Shown: piece by piece, positions 10,255 through 19,985 of the stretch
How the letters are laid out: every line of letters begins with the position of its first letter
How positions within the stretch are numbered: the stretch's first letter is position 1
Origin: Gemmatimonadota bacterium
GTDB taxonomy: Bacteria; Gemmatimonadota; Gemmatimonadetes; Palauibacterales; Palauibacteraceae
Assembly (NCBI GenBank): GCA_046757485.1
Contig: JBHHYJ010000004.1
Coordinates: forward strand, 5,225 to 69,224
DNA length: 64,000 nucleotides
Reading direction: 5' to 3'
Made by a program: the position numbers and the translations under genes
The notes under the pieces: generated by a model
What the model was told of the DNA's origin: nothing
Database searches by the model: none
What the model saw: only the letters and a program-made list of their open reading frames with translations

Positions 10255-11325
10255 ATGGAAGCCAGCACGAAGCAGTTCCTGGCGCGCCTGCTCGCCGCAC
10301 CGGGCCCCTCCGGTTTCGAGAGCGCTGCGGCGGCGGTGTGGCGGGAAGAGGCGGAGACGTTCGCCGACCAGGTGTGGGGCGACGTACACGGCAACTCGTT
10401 CGCCGCCTGCGGCCTCGACGGATCCCCGCGCATCATGCTCGCCGGCCACATCGACGAGATCGGCCTCATGATCCACTACATCGACGACCAGGGGTACCTG
10501 TACCTGAAGGCCGTCGGAGGCTGGGACCCGCAGGTGCTGGTGGGACAGAGGGTGGAGGTGCTGGCCGCCTCCGGCCCGGTGATCGGCGTGGTGGGACGGA
10601 GGGCTCCTCACCTCCTCGAGAAGGAGGATCGGGAGAAGGCGGTCGCGATGAAGGATCTGTGGGTGGACGTCGGGGTGCACGACGTCGAGGAGGTCCGCCG
10701 GCAGGTGAAGGTGGGCGATGTGGCGGTGATCCGCTCCGATACGCTGGAGCTGGGCGGCGGTTGCCTGGCCGCCCGTGCGCTGGACGACCGCATCGGCGCC
10801 CTGGTGGCGCTCGAGGCCCTGCGGCGCTCCGCCGAGAGAGGCACCCCGGCGCACGTCGTGGCGGTGGCCACGACCCAGGAAGAGATCGGTGCACGCTCCG
10901 GCGGTGGCGCGCGGACGAGCAGCTACGGGCTGGAGCCGGACGCGGCGATCATCGTGGATGTCACCCATGCCACCGATCACCCGCATGTGGACCGCAAGGA
11001 GCATGGGGACATCCGCCTGGGCGCCGGCCCGGTCCTCACCCGGGGCGCCGTGGCGAGTCCGGCCATGCTGCGCCTTCTGGTCGAGGCCGCCGAGCGGGCG
11101 GGCGTCTCGTACCAGATGGCGGCGGCCCCCGCCGCTTCCGGCACGGACGCCGACCAGATCTTCACGACGCGGGCGGGGGTGGCGACAGGGCTCGTCTCGA
11201 TCCCGAACCGCTACATGCACAGCCCCAGCCAGTTGGTGGACCCGGTCGATGTCGAGGCGGCGGCGACCCTCATCGCCGAGCTTCTCCACGGCCTGTCGCC
11301 CGACACCTCTTTCCTGCCCGACTGA
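10255..11325 (+). CDS. M42 family metallopeptidase
   Basis: PSGFE, AGHIDEIG, ALDDRIG, QEEIG, GTDA and RYMHSP motifs. Confidence 0.93.
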   Translation: MEASTKQFLARLLAAPGPSGFESAAAAVWREEAETFADQVWGDVHGNSFAACGLDGSPRIMLAGHIDEIGLMIHYIDDQGYLYLKAVGGWDPQVLVGQRVEVLAASGPVIGVVGRRAPHLLEKEDREKAVAMKDLWVDVGVHDVEEVRRQVKVGDVAVIRSDTLELGGGCLAARALDDRIGALVALEALRRSAERGTPAHVVAVATTQEEIGARSGGGARTSSYGLEPDAAIIVDVTHATDHPHVDRKEHGDIRLGAGPVLTRGAVASPAMLRLLVEAAERAGVSYQMAAAPAASGTDADQIFTTRAGVATGLVSIPNRYMHSPSQLVDPVDVEAAATLIAELLHGLSPDTSFLPD

Positions 11326-11338
11326 AGCCGGAATCGCG

Positions 11339-12118
11339 GTGAGCCACCGAGCGCGGCGAGGTCGTCGTTCTCCGCCGCGGGTGAGCGGCGCCGCCGAGGA
11401 GCGGGATCCGCCCGGCAGGAAGGGAGGGCCCGAGGCGGGCGGGGAGGGCTCGCGGAGCCGGGCCGTCGAGGATTATCTGAAGGCGGTCTACAAGCTTCAG
11501 CAGGTGACGCCGTCCGTCTCCACGAGCGCGCTGGCGCAGGAGCTGGACCGCTCGGCCGCCTCGGTGACGAACATGGTCCAGGCCCTCGGAGAGCGTTCCC
11601 TGCTGGAGTACGAGCCGTACCGCGGGGTGCGACTCACCCCCCAGGGGGAGCTGGCGGCACTGCGCATCATCCGGCGACACCGCGTTCTGGAGCTCTATCT
11701 GATCCAGAAGCTGGGGTTCTCGTGGGACCACGTCCACGCGGAGGCCGAGCGGCTGGAGCACGCCGCCTCCGACCACCTGATCGACCAGATGGCGAAGGCC
11801 CTGGGGGAGCCGAGCTTCGACCCCCACGGCTCGCCGATCCCGACCCGGGAGGGCGAGATGACGGCCCACGAGGTCATTTGCCTCTCGGATCTCTCTCCGG
11901 GGACTCGAGCCGTCGTGCGGGAGGTCGCCGACGAGAGCCCCGAGAGCCTCCGGAGGTTGGCCTCCCTGGGTCTCTACCCGGGAACGAGGCTGCGCTGCCG
12001 GAGCCGGGAAGGAGCCGGCGGCGATCTGCGCCTCGAGGTGGAGGGAGAGGAGCGCCGCGTGGAGCAGCAGCTGGCCCGCACCGTCTCGGTGGAGATCGTG
12101 TCCGGGGAGAGGGGATGA
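11339..12118 (+). CDS. DtxR/MntR family metal-dependent regulator with C-terminal FeoA domain
   Basis: EDYLKAVY, RRHRVLELYL, HAEAERLEH and DPHGSPIP; Glu at the DtxR Cys site suggests Mn type; start may be GTG 11381. Confidence 0.92.
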   Translation: MSHRARRGRRSPPRVSGAAEERDPPGRKGGPEAGGEGSRSRAVEDYLKAVYKLQQVTPSVSTSALAQELDRSAASVTNMVQALGERSLLEYEPYRGVRLTPQGELAALRIIRRHRVLELYLIQKLGFSWDHVHAEAERLEHAASDHLIDQMAKALGEPSFDPHGSPIPTREGEMTAHEVICLSDLSPGTRAVVREVADESPESLRRLASLGLYPGTRLRCRSREGAGGDLRLEVEGEERRVEQQLARTVSVEIVSGERG

Positions 12119-12390
12119 CGAAGGGGATCAGGAAGATCCGGGCCGATGGCGACACGTGGGTCGTGCGGCTGGGGGAGCGCCCACCCTCTCCCGACCGGCA
12201 GGTCGTCCTCTTCTTCTGCCGGTCGACGGATCAACGCCCGTACCGTGTGGTGGAGGTCGAGCGGGGAGATCTTCCGGACGAAGCGGCGCTGAATCGCCTG
12301 TCGCGCAGGGAGCTGGAGATCCTGTTCGAGGGCTCCCGCTCGATGGACTTCCCCCGGTCTTTCCCCGGAGAGACCTCCGCGGCCGAGTGA
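12115..12390 (+). CDS. Small hypothetical protein (91 aa)
   Basis: ATGA overlap with the upstream gene and GTGA overlap with the downstream gene; MTKGIRKIRADG...FFCRSTDQRPYRVVEV. Confidence 0.7.
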   Translation: MTKGIRKIRADGDTWVVRLGERPPSPDRQVVLFFCRSTDQRPYRVVEVERGDLPDEAALNRLSRRELEILFEGSRSMDFPRSFPGETSAAE

Positions 12391-13265
12391 ATGCGCGAGC
12401 GGTCCGGCCTCCTCGGGAGATCGGTGGCGATGCGGAACGGTGCGTAGATCTGCATCTGCACTCGACCGCCTCCGATGGGACGCTCCCACCGGAGGAGGTC
12501 GTGCGGCGCGTGGCCGCCGCGGGTCTCGTCGGCCTGGCGCTCACCGACCACGATACGGTGGACGGGGTGGCGGCGGCCGCGGCGGAGGCGGAGGTCCTCG
12601 GACTCCGGTTCCTTCCGGCCGCCGAGCTGTCGGCGAACGAGCCGGGTCGCTCGGTGCATCTGCTGGCGTTCGGTCTCGACACGAGCGACCAGGAGCTGCT
12701 CGGTTTTCTGGCGGCGTACCGGGGAGACCGGGTCCGGCGGGCCCGGGAGATGGTCGGGCGCCTCGAGCGGCTCGGCGTGCCGCTCACCTACGCGGATGTG
12801 GAAGCGGAGGCAGGGCAGGCCGCGCCCACGCGGGCGCACGTGGCTCGCGCGCTCGTGCGGACGGGTCACGTGCGGACGATCGCCGAGGTGTTCCGGCGTC
12901 TCCTGTCCCGCGGAATGCCCGCCTTCGTCGAGAAGAGCCCCACGCCCCCCGCCGAGGTGATCGAACGCGTGCACGCCGCCGGGGGTGTGGTTCTGGTGGC
13001 CCACCCGGGAAGAGAGCACGGGGAGGAGGAGCTCCGCAGGTGGACGTCCGAGGGGCTGGACGGCGTCGAGCTTCTGCACCGCGAGAACCCGCCGGAGGTG
13101 CGGCGGCGGCTGGGAGCACTGGCCGACGAGCTGGGGTGGCTCAGATCCGGGGGCTCGGACTGGCACGGGCCCCACTCTCATCGCGCCGGGATCGGCTCGG
13201 AGCGGGTGCCCGAGAGCTGGCTGGAGGAGATCGCCGCCCGCTGTGGTTCCTCCACAGGCGCTTAG
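12387..13265 (+). CDS. PHP domain phosphoesterase (TrpH/YciV family)
   Basis: DLHLHSTASDG, LTDHDT, AHP and GGSDWHG motifs. Confidence 0.92.
   Translation: MNARAVRPPREIGGDAERCVDLHLHSTASDGTLPPEEVVRRVAAAGLVGLALTDHDTVDGVAAAAAEAEVLGLRFLPAAELSANEPGRSVHLLAFGLDTSDQELLGFLAAYRGDRVRRAREMVGRLERLGVPLTYADVEAEAGQAAPTRAHVARALVRTGHVRTIAEVFRRLLSRGMPAFVEKSPTPPAEVIERVHAAGGVVLVAHPGREHGEEELRRWTSEGLDGVELLHRENPPEVRRRLGALADELGWLRSGGSDWHGPHSHRAGIGSERVPESWLEEIAARCGSSTGA
13237..13265 (+). repeat. Dispersed 29-bp repeat family, copy B (supplies the PHP gene stop)
   Basis: CCCGCTGTGGTTCCTCCACAGGCGCTTAG. Confidence 0.7.
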
Positions 13266-13366
13266 GCGCTCCTCCCGGTCGAGATCTGGAACCCCGACGT
13301 CGGTTCCGGGGTTAGGAGCGACCGCCGGGCGTCGTGCCCGAAGCGAGACACGGGAGAGGGACGAGG

Positions 13367-14374
13367 GTGCAAGAGGAGACCGTACAGCGCGAGCTGATCA
13401 TCGTGGGGGCGGGCCCCGCGGGGCTGTGCGCCGCCCTGTACGCGGGGCGCTCGGAGATGGACGCCGTTCTCCTGGAGCAGGGGCTCCCGGGAGGGCAGCT
13501 CCTCCTCACCGAGCTGGTGGACGACTACCCGGGCGTGGAGGAGGTCGGCGGGATGGAGCTCGCCGATCTGATGAAGAAGCACGCGGAGAAGTTCGGAGTG
13601 AGCCCCGTGCAGGCCACGGTGGAGCGCTTGGAGCGCGATGCGGGAGGGGAGTTCGTCGCGCGGACGGAGGGCGGGATCTCCTACCGCGCTCCTGCGGTCG
13701 TTCTGACGGCCGGGGGCACGCCGAAGAAGCTGGGGGTCCCGGGGGAGGAGGAGTACCTCGGGCGGGGCGTCAGCTACTGTGCGATCTGCGACGGCGCCTT
13801 CTTCAAAGGGGAAGAGATCGCCGTGGTCGGAGGCGGGGACTCCGCCGTGGAGGAGGCCGACTTCCTCACCCGCTACGCCGCTCGCGTCATCGTGATTCAC
13901 CGTAGGGACCAGCTCCGGGCCCAGGCCGTGCTCCAGAGTCGGCTGCTGCGGAATCCCAAGGCGGAGGTGCGCTGGGATACGGTGGTGGAGGAGATCCGGG
14001 GGGCGGAGGCCGGCGTCACCTCCCTCGCCCTCCGGAACGTCCGCACGGGCGAGGAGTCGGAGCTGTCCGTGACGGGGGTGTTCATCTTCGTCGGCTTCCA
14101 GCCGAACGTGGATCTGCTCGCCGACCACGTGGAGCACGACTCGGCGGGTTATCTGCTGACGGACCGCGACATGCGGACCTCCGTTCCGGGCCTCTTCGCC
14201 GCGGGCGACGTCCGCTCGCAGCTCGTGCGGCAGATCACGACCGCGGTCGGCGACGCGACGACCGCGGTTTTCGCGGCGGAGAAGTATCTGCAGGAACGGC
14301 GCGAGCGTGAAGGCTCCCCGGAGGAGGCGGGTCGGCGGGCGGCACCTGCCGCACTTGACCGTATTGCGGGCTGA
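13367..14374 (+). CDS. trxB: Thioredoxin-disulfide reductase
   Basis: GAGPAG, GVSYCAICDG redox motif, GGGDSA and AAGDV. Confidence 0.95.
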   Translation: MQEETVQRELIIVGAGPAGLCAALYAGRSEMDAVLLEQGLPGGQLLLTELVDDYPGVEEVGGMELADLMKKHAEKFGVSPVQATVERLERDAGGEFVARTEGGISYRAPAVVLTAGGTPKKLGVPGEEEYLGRGVSYCAICDGAFFKGEEIAVVGGGDSAVEEADFLTRYAARVIVIHRRDQLRAQAVLQSRLLRNPKAEVRWDTVVEEIRGAEAGVTSLALRNVRTGEESELSVTGVFIFVGFQPNVDLLADHVEHDSAGYLLTDRDMRTSVPGLFAAGDVRSQLVRQITTAVGDATTAVFAAEKYLQERREREGSPEEAGRRAAPAALDRIAG

Positions 14375-14383
14375 GCCTACGAT
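14355..14383 (+). promoter_or_regulatory. Putative sigma70 promoter for the Fe-S carrier gene
   Basis: TTGACC-17 bp-TACGAT, 30 bp upstream of ATG 14414. Confidence 0.55.
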
Positions 14384-14413
14384 TTTTCGACGGTATACGG
14401 AGACGAAGACGCC

Positions 14414-14785
14414 ATGACTCATACGGCAGAGACACACAGCGCGACCCGTTCGGACGAAGCCCTGGTCAGCCTCACGGAGCTGGCGGCCGAGAAGGTGCGG
14501 GAGTTTCTGGCGGGAGAGGAACTGCCGGATGGCGGTCTGCGAGTCAGCGTCCTGCCCGGCGGGTGCTCGGGGTTCGAGTACGGCCTCGAGATCGAGGAGA
14601 CGGTCCGGGAGGACGACATCGTCCTCACCTCCCGGGGAGTGAGGCTCATCGTGGACCCGTTCAGCGCCCAGTACCTGGCGGGGGTCTCCATCGACTACCA
14701 CACGAGCTTCCAGGGCTCCGGATTCACGTTCGACAATCCGAATTCCACCGGGAGCTGCGGCTGCGGGTCCTCCTTCGCGGTCTGA
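14414..14785 (+). CDS. A-type iron-sulfur cluster carrier (IscA/ErpA/HesB family)
   Basis: GGCSGFEY and C-terminal NPN...CGCGSSF. Confidence 0.95.
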   Translation: MTHTAETHSATRSDEALVSLTELAAEKVREFLAGEELPDGGLRVSVLPGGCSGFEYGLEIEETVREDDIVLTSRGVRLIVDPFSAQYLAGVSIDYHTSFQGSGFTFDNPNSTGSCGCGSSFAV

Positions 14786-14889
14786 AGCGGCGGGCGGCCC
14801 GACGCCCGTCCGTTCCCTCGGCCGGCTCGGCTTCGGTCCGGCCGACGCCCTGAGCTGATCCGCCTCATGAATCACCGCCGAGCGGCGCC

Positions 14890-15570
14890 GTGATGGAAGG
14901 ACCCTCGCCCCCCACCGCCGACGGATCGTTGGAAGTGCGTCGCCTGGTCCTCGGCGCCTTCCAGTCCAACACCTACCTCCTGCGCCGGGTGGCCCGGGAG
15001 ACGGCCCTGGTGATCGATCCCGGGGCCGAGCCGGGGCGCATCGAGTCCGCGCTTGACGGCTGGGGCACGCCGCCGGAGGCGATCCTGCTCACTCACGCCC
15101 ACCTGGATCACGTGGGGGCCGTCGCGGATCTGGTCGAGCGTTACGACGCTCCCGTCTTCCTGCATCCGGCCGACCGACCCCTGTACGACGGGGCCTCCGA
15201 CCAGGCGGCGGCGTTCGGACTCTCCATTCGACCGCCGCCCCCTCCGGATCGGTCCCTGGCACATGGAGAGCTGCTGGAGCTGGCGGGTCTCCGGCTGGAG
15301 ATCCGGCACGCCCCCGGCCACTCGCCGGGTGGCGTCGTGCTGGTGACGGACGGGTACGCCTTCGTGGGGGACTGCGTCTTCGCCGGCTCCATCGGACGGA
15401 CCGACCTGCCGGGCGGCGACCCCGCTGCCCTGCTGCGCTCGATCCGCGAGCACATCCTCACCCTTCCCGGAGACACGATCCTCTGCTCCGGTCACGGTCC
15501 CGAGACCACCGTGAGCGCCGAAGCGGCGACGAACCCCTTTCTCACCGGCCTGCTCGGGCGGGGCGGATAG
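14890..15570 (+). CDS. MBL-fold metallo-hydrolase (glyoxalase II-like, YcbL/GloC type)
   Basis: THAHLDH, PGHSPG, GSIGRTDLPGG and GHGPETT. Confidence 0.92.
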   Translation: MMEGPSPPTADGSLEVRRLVLGAFQSNTYLLRRVARETALVIDPGAEPGRIESALDGWGTPPEAILLTHAHLDHVGAVADLVERYDAPVFLHPADRPLYDGASDQAAAFGLSIRPPPPPDRSLAHGELLELAGLRLEIRHAPGHSPGGVVLVTDGYAFVGDCVFAGSIGRTDLPGGDPAALLRSIREHILTLPGDTILCSGHGPETTVSAEAATNPFLTGLLGRGG

Positions 15571-15580
15571 CGGCCAGCCC

Positions 15581-15832
15581 GTGAGCGAGAAGCCTCGACG
15601 CCATGGCCGCCTCGGGTCCGGGCCCGGCCCCCGGGTGGTGGGCCCCGTGGGCGCGGAGCGGAGGCGACACGCCGGACCCGAGCGACCGGGACGAGCCGGT
15701 GCCCGCCGCACGGAGCCGCTGGAGCCGTGCGTGCGCTGCGGGATGCCTCTTTCCGTTCGGGTCATGGGCTGTCGCGGTGGGGCCTGTCCGGGCTGCGGTC
15801 ACCTGTATCCGCATGGAGACTGCGCCGACTGA
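15581..15832 (+). CDS. Small Cys-rich zinc-ribbon-like protein
   Basis: CVRCG...GC...CPGCG..YPHGDCAD; its TGA overlaps the ATG of the next gene; true start uncertain. Confidence 0.55.
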   Translation: MSEKPRRHGRLGSGPGPRVVGPVGAERRRHAGPERPGRAGARRTEPLEPCVRCGMPLSVRVMGCRGGACPGCGHLYPHGDCAD

Positions 15833-16989
15833 TGGGAGGTGTCGGTTCCACCGGAACAGGCGGGCGCGAGGGGGCGGGGAGCCGGGGCAGCGCCGAGGAA
15901 CCGGTGCCGGGGAGAGCGATGGCTCCGGAGGAGCTGCCGCCCACCGGTCCCCTCGCTCCGCGGGAGCCGACCGAGGAGCAACGAGGTCGCCTGATGGCGC
16001 TGCTGGAAGCCCTCGAGGACCTCCCTCGCGTGCTTGTCCTCACCCACGACAATCCCGATCCGGACGCGCTCGCCGCCGCGGCGGGGCTCGGCTTTCTGCT
16101 CGAGCGCGTGGCGGGAGTCGAGCCGACGCTGGCGTTCGGGGGCATCGTGGGCCGGGCGGAGAACCGGGCCTTGATCCAGGAGATGCCGGTGCAGTTCCGG
16201 CGCATCGAGACGCTGGAGGGCGCCGGCAAACTCCCGGTGGCCCTGGTGGACACGCAGCCACGGAGCGGGAACAACTCGCTGCCCGCGGGCCGCATCGCCT
16301 CCGTGATTCTCGACCATCACCCGATGCGGCCGGAGACGGAGGTCGCCACCTTCGCCGACGTGCGGCCGGGCTACGGGGCCAGCGCCTCGATGGTGGTGGA
16401 GTACCTGAGGGCGGCGGAGCTGGAGCCGGAGCGCTGGTTGGCCACCTCGCTCTTCTACGGTGTCCAGTCGGAGACGATGGACCTGGGCCGAGACGTTTCG
16501 CCGGCGGACGTGGACGCCAGCCTCTTCCTGTATCCGCGTTCCGATCCGGCGGCGATCGCCCGTATCCGCCACGCCCGCGTTCCTCGCGGCTACCTTCGGT
16601 CGCTGCACGCGGCCCTGACTCGGGCGCGACGCCACGGACCCGTGGCCGTCGTGCCGCTGGGTGGCATGGACTACCCGGACATGGTGGCCGAGATCGCGGA
16701 TCTCTTCATGCACGTCGAGGGGGTGGAGTGGACGGTGGCCGTGGGGAGGTACGGCCAGGAGCTCCTCCTCTCTCTGCGCACCTACGACCCCCGGGCGCAT
16801 GCCGGACGCCTGGTGCGGAAGGTGATCGGCGACCGGGGTTCCGCCGGTGGCCACGGCGGGCTGGCCGGAGGTCGGATCAACGTGCGGAGCCTCGCCGAGG
16901 AGGAGGCGGCGGCCCTGCGGGACGAGCTCCTGCGCGAGCTGCTGGCGGAGCTGGATGCTCCATCCGAGAGCTCGGAGCTCCTGCTGTGA
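15832..16989 (+). CDS. DHH family phosphoesterase
   Basis: HDNPDPDA, VDT, LDHH and AGGHGGLAGG motifs. Confidence 0.9.
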   Translation: MGGVGSTGTGGREGAGSRGSAEEPVPGRAMAPEELPPTGPLAPREPTEEQRGRLMALLEALEDLPRVLVLTHDNPDPDALAAAAGLGFLLERVAGVEPTLAFGGIVGRAENRALIQEMPVQFRRIETLEGAGKLPVALVDTQPRSGNNSLPAGRIASVILDHHPMRPETEVATFADVRPGYGASASMVVEYLRAAELEPERWLATSLFYGVQSETMDLGRDVSPADVDASLFLYPRSDPAAIARIRHARVPRGYLRSLHAALTRARRHGPVAVVPLGGMDYPDMVAEIADLFMHVEGVEWTVAVGRYGQELLLSLRTYDPRAHAGRLVRKVIGDRGSAGGHGGLAGGRINVRSLAEEEAAALRDELLRELLAELDAPSESSELLL

Positions 16990-17023
16990 CAGAAAGAGGG
17001 CACGGAACGGCGGGCCGCCGCCC

Positions 17024-18289
17024 ATGATCCGGCTCGGCTTGACCGGGAGCCTCGGGGCGGGGAAGAGCACGGTCGGCCGCCTCTTCGAGGCATGGGGCGC
17101 CACCCGCATGGACGCCGATGAGCTCGCGCGGGAGGCGGTCGTGCCCGGCTCTCCCGCCATGGAGGCGATCTGTCGCGCGTGGGGGGCGCGCGTTCTGGAC
17201 GAGACGGGGCGGCTGGATCGAGCCGCCCTGCGCCGGCTCGTGGCGGCGGACCCGGAAGCGCGCGCGAAGCTGGAGGCGATCGTACATCCCGAGGTGGCGA
17301 GGCTGCGGGCCGAAGGTCGTGCGCGGGCCGCCCGGGACGGGGTCGAGCTCCTGGTGGAAGAGGTGCCTCTCCTCTTCGAGGTGGGCATGGAGGAGGAGTT
17401 CGACGCGCTGGTGGTGGTGGACGCCCCGGTGGCTCTCCGCCGGGAGCGCGTCCTCCGGAACCGCGGGCTGTCGGCCGGCGAGTTCGACGCGCTGGAGGCC
17501 GCCCAGGGTGCGCCGGCGGAGAAGCGCCGACGCGCGGACTTCCTGCTCTGGAACGCCCGGGGCCGGGAGGAGTTGGCAGACCAGGCGCGCGGCGTTTGGG
17601 AGGCGCTGGCGGCGAAGGATCGGCCTCCTCCGGTCCTGTGGCGGGTCGACCTGCACATGCACACTCACCACTCGAAGGACTGCCTCTCCGAGCCGGCGCG
17701 CGTCGTGGAGCGGGCGGTGGAGCGGGGTCTGGAGCGGATCGCGATCACGGACCACGACGAGATCGACGGAGCGTTCGAGGCCCGTGAGCTGGCCCCCGAG
17801 ACCGTCATCGTCGGGGAGGAGGTTCGAACCGCGGAGGGGCTGGACCTGATCGGGCTGTTCCTGACCCGGTGGATCGCGCCCGGCTCGGCTTTTCTCCATG
17901 TCGCCGAGGAGATCCTCGGTCAGGGCGGGATCGTGTACCTCCCGCACCCGTTCGATGCCCACCGGGGGGCCGACGAGGCGTTTCTCGACCGGGTGGCCCA
18001 TGTGGTGGATCTGGTGGAGGGGTTCAACGCCCGGGTCCACGATCCGGACCGCAACCGGAAGGCGCGGGAGTGGGCGGACCGCCACGGGCTTCCCGTGGGG
18101 GCCGGAAGCGACGCGCACCTGCTGAGCGAGATCGGTCGCGGGCGCCTGCGGCTCCCGCCGTTCCAGGGGCCAGGCGACTTTCTCGCCGCCTGCGCTCGAG
18201 GCCGGATCGAGGGGCGCGCCTCGGGCTGGTGGGTACATCTGGGCTCCACCTGGGCCAAGGTACGGGGGCGGCGTCGCGACACGGACTGA
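17024..18289 (+). CDS. coaE: Dephospho-CoA kinase fused to a C-terminal PHP domain
   Basis: GLTGSLGAGKST, DAD, LEAIVHP and EVPLLFE, continuing in frame into DLHMHT, ITDHD, PHPFD, FNAR and GSDAH. Confidence 0.88.
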   Translation: MIRLGLTGSLGAGKSTVGRLFEAWGATRMDADELAREAVVPGSPAMEAICRAWGARVLDETGRLDRAALRRLVAADPEARAKLEAIVHPEVARLRAEGRARAARDGVELLVEEVPLLFEVGMEEEFDALVVVDAPVALRRERVLRNRGLSAGEFDALEAAQGAPAEKRRRADFLLWNARGREELADQARGVWEALAAKDRPPPVLWRVDLHMHTHHSKDCLSEPARVVERAVERGLERIAITDHDEIDGAFEARELAPETVIVGEEVRTAEGLDLIGLFLTRWIAPGSAFLHVAEEILGQGGIVYLPHPFDAHRGADEAFLDRVAHVVDLVEGFNARVHDPDRNRKAREWADRHGLPVGAGSDAHLLSEIGRGRLRLPPFQGPGDFLAACARGRIEGRASGWWVHLGSTWAKVRGRRRDTD

Positions 18290-18323
18290 AGATCCGACAC
18301 GTCCGGCGACCGGTTCCCGTTTC

Positions 18324-18353
18324 TTGACATGGCGTGACGCCGGGGGATAGCGT
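18324..18353 (+). promoter_or_regulatory. Putative sigma70 promoter for the NSS transporter
   Basis: Perfect TTGACA followed 18 bp later by TAGCGT. Confidence 0.5.
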
Positions 18354-18392
18354 GCGGCCCGGCAGCCGGGGCGCGGGAAACGGAGGTCCGGT

Positions 18393-19985
18393 GTGAGTCT
18401 CGAGCGACACGCGCAGGAGCGGTGGGCCACCCGGGTGGGGCTGATCCTGGCGATGGCCGGCAACGCGGTGGGGTTGGGGAACTTCCTCCGCTTCCCGGTG
18501 CAGGCCGCCCAGAACGGCGGCGGCACCTTCATGATCCCGTACTTCATCTCCTTTCTGCTCCTGGGGATCCCGCTCATGTGGATCGAGTGGACGATCGGCC
18601 GCCACGGGGGCCGGTTCGGACACGGGAGCCTGCCGGGGATGTTCGACGTCCTGGGCGAGCGGAAGCGGAAGGCGCTCAAGTATCTGGGGGTCCTGGGGCT
18701 CATCATCCCCCTCGTCGTCCTCATCTACTACACGTACGTCGTCTCCTGGATGTTGGGCTTCAGCTTCCTGAGCATCATCGGGGACTACTTCGGCCAGACC
18801 GAGCTCGCCCAGATGCGGGACTACCTGTACTCCTTTCAGAACATCTTCGACGCCTCCGCGCACGGCGGGTGGCTGGCCCTCCTCTTCTTCCTCGTCACCC
18901 TCACCTTTCTCGGTTGGGTGCTGTCCCGGGGGATCAGTGGGGGGATCGAGAAGCTGGCGCTCATCGGGATGCCGATCCTCTTCCTCTTCGCCTTCATCCT
19001 GATGATTCGGGTGCTGACGCTCCCCGCCGTCGAGGCGAGCCCGGCGGAGGGCCTGAACTTCATCTTCAACCCGGAGTGGGGGAAGCTGGGCGCCCCGGCC
19101 GTGTGGCTGGCGGCGGCGGGCCAGATGTTCTTCACCCTCTCCCTGGGCGCCGGGCACGTGCACGCGTACGCCTCCTACCTGGACCGACGAGACGATGTCA
19201 CGCTGACCGGACTTTCCACCGCGGCGACGAACGAGTTCGCCGAGGTCGTTCTGGGAGGCACGATCGCCATCGTGGCGGCGGTCGTCTTCTTCGGAATCGG
19301 CGGGGCCGTGCAGATCGCCGAGGGGGGCACGTACGATCTGGGGATCGTCGCGATGGGGGTCGTCTTCCAGGGCCTGCCGGGCGCGGCGGTGTGGGGCCAG
19401 CTGTTCGGCTTCCTGTGGTTCTTCCTCCTCTTCGTGGCGGGGATCACCTCCTGTGTGGCGCTGGCCACCCCCGCGATCAGCTTCCTCCAGGAGGAGTTCG
19501 CCTGGACCCGGAAGCGGGCCGCGTACGGCATCATGGCGCTCGCCTTCCTGCTCGGCCTCGCCCACGTCGTCTTCTACCAGAAGGGCTTCATGGACGAGTG
19601 GGACTACTGGGCCGGCACGTTCGGCCTGGTCGTCCTCGCGGCGATCGAGATCGTTCTCTTCACCCGAGTCTTCGGGATGGAGCGCGGCTGGAAGGAGATG
19701 CACGAAGGGGCCGACCTCCGGGTGCCGCGCGTCTACCGGCCGATCATGAAGTGGATCACGCCCCTGTTCCTCTTCGTGCTCCTCGGGTGGTGGGGAGTCA
19801 CGGAGGCGGTCCCGACCCTGCTCCTCTCCGACGTCGACGACCCGGCCTCCATTCCGTACCGTTGGATCAGCCGGGGCATCATCCTCCTCCTTCTGGCCGG
19901 CGCCCTGTATCTCGTGCGCCGAGCCTGGTCCGATCGGGAGGCGGGCGACCCCGCGCAGGCGAGGGAACGGAGGATCGAGACATGA
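18393..19985 (+). CDS. Sodium-dependent transporter, NSS/SNF (LeuT-like) family
   Basis: AMAGNAVGLGNFLRFP, NGGGTF, AAAGQMFFTLSLG, NEFAEV and DEWDYWAGT; about 12 TM helices. Confidence 0.95.
   Translation: MSLERHAQERWATRVGLILAMAGNAVGLGNFLRFPVQAAQNGGGTFMIPYFISFLLLGIPLMWIEWTIGRHGGRFGHGSLPGMFDVLGERKRKALKYLGVLGLIIPLVVLIYYTYVVSWMLGFSFLSIIGDYFGQTELAQMRDYLYSFQNIFDASAHGGWLALLFFLVTLTFLGWVLSRGISGGIEKLALIGMPILFLFAFILMIRVLTLPAVEASPAEGLNFIFNPEWGKLGAPAVWLAAAGQMFFTLSLGAGHVHAYASYLDRRDDVTLTGLSTAATNEFAEVVLGGTIAIVAAVVFFGIGGAVQIAEGGTYDLGIVAMGVVFQGLPGAAVWGQLFGFLWFFLLFVAGITSCVALATPAISFLQEEFAWTRKRAAYGIMALAFLLGLAHVVFYQKGFMDEWDYWAGTFGLVVLAAIEIVLFTRVFGMERGWKEMHEGADLRVPRVYRPIMKWITPLFLFVLLGWWGVTEAVPTLLLSDVDDPASIPYRWISRGIILLLLAGALYLVRRAWSDREAGDPAQARERRIET

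Noticed and set aside
19413-19425. CTGTGGTTCTTCC match to the dispersed repeat core
   Set aside because: It lies inside the transporter coding sequence (L-W-F-F) and lacks the flanks, so it is probably chance; weak look-alikes near 21396 and 24331 were also not counted
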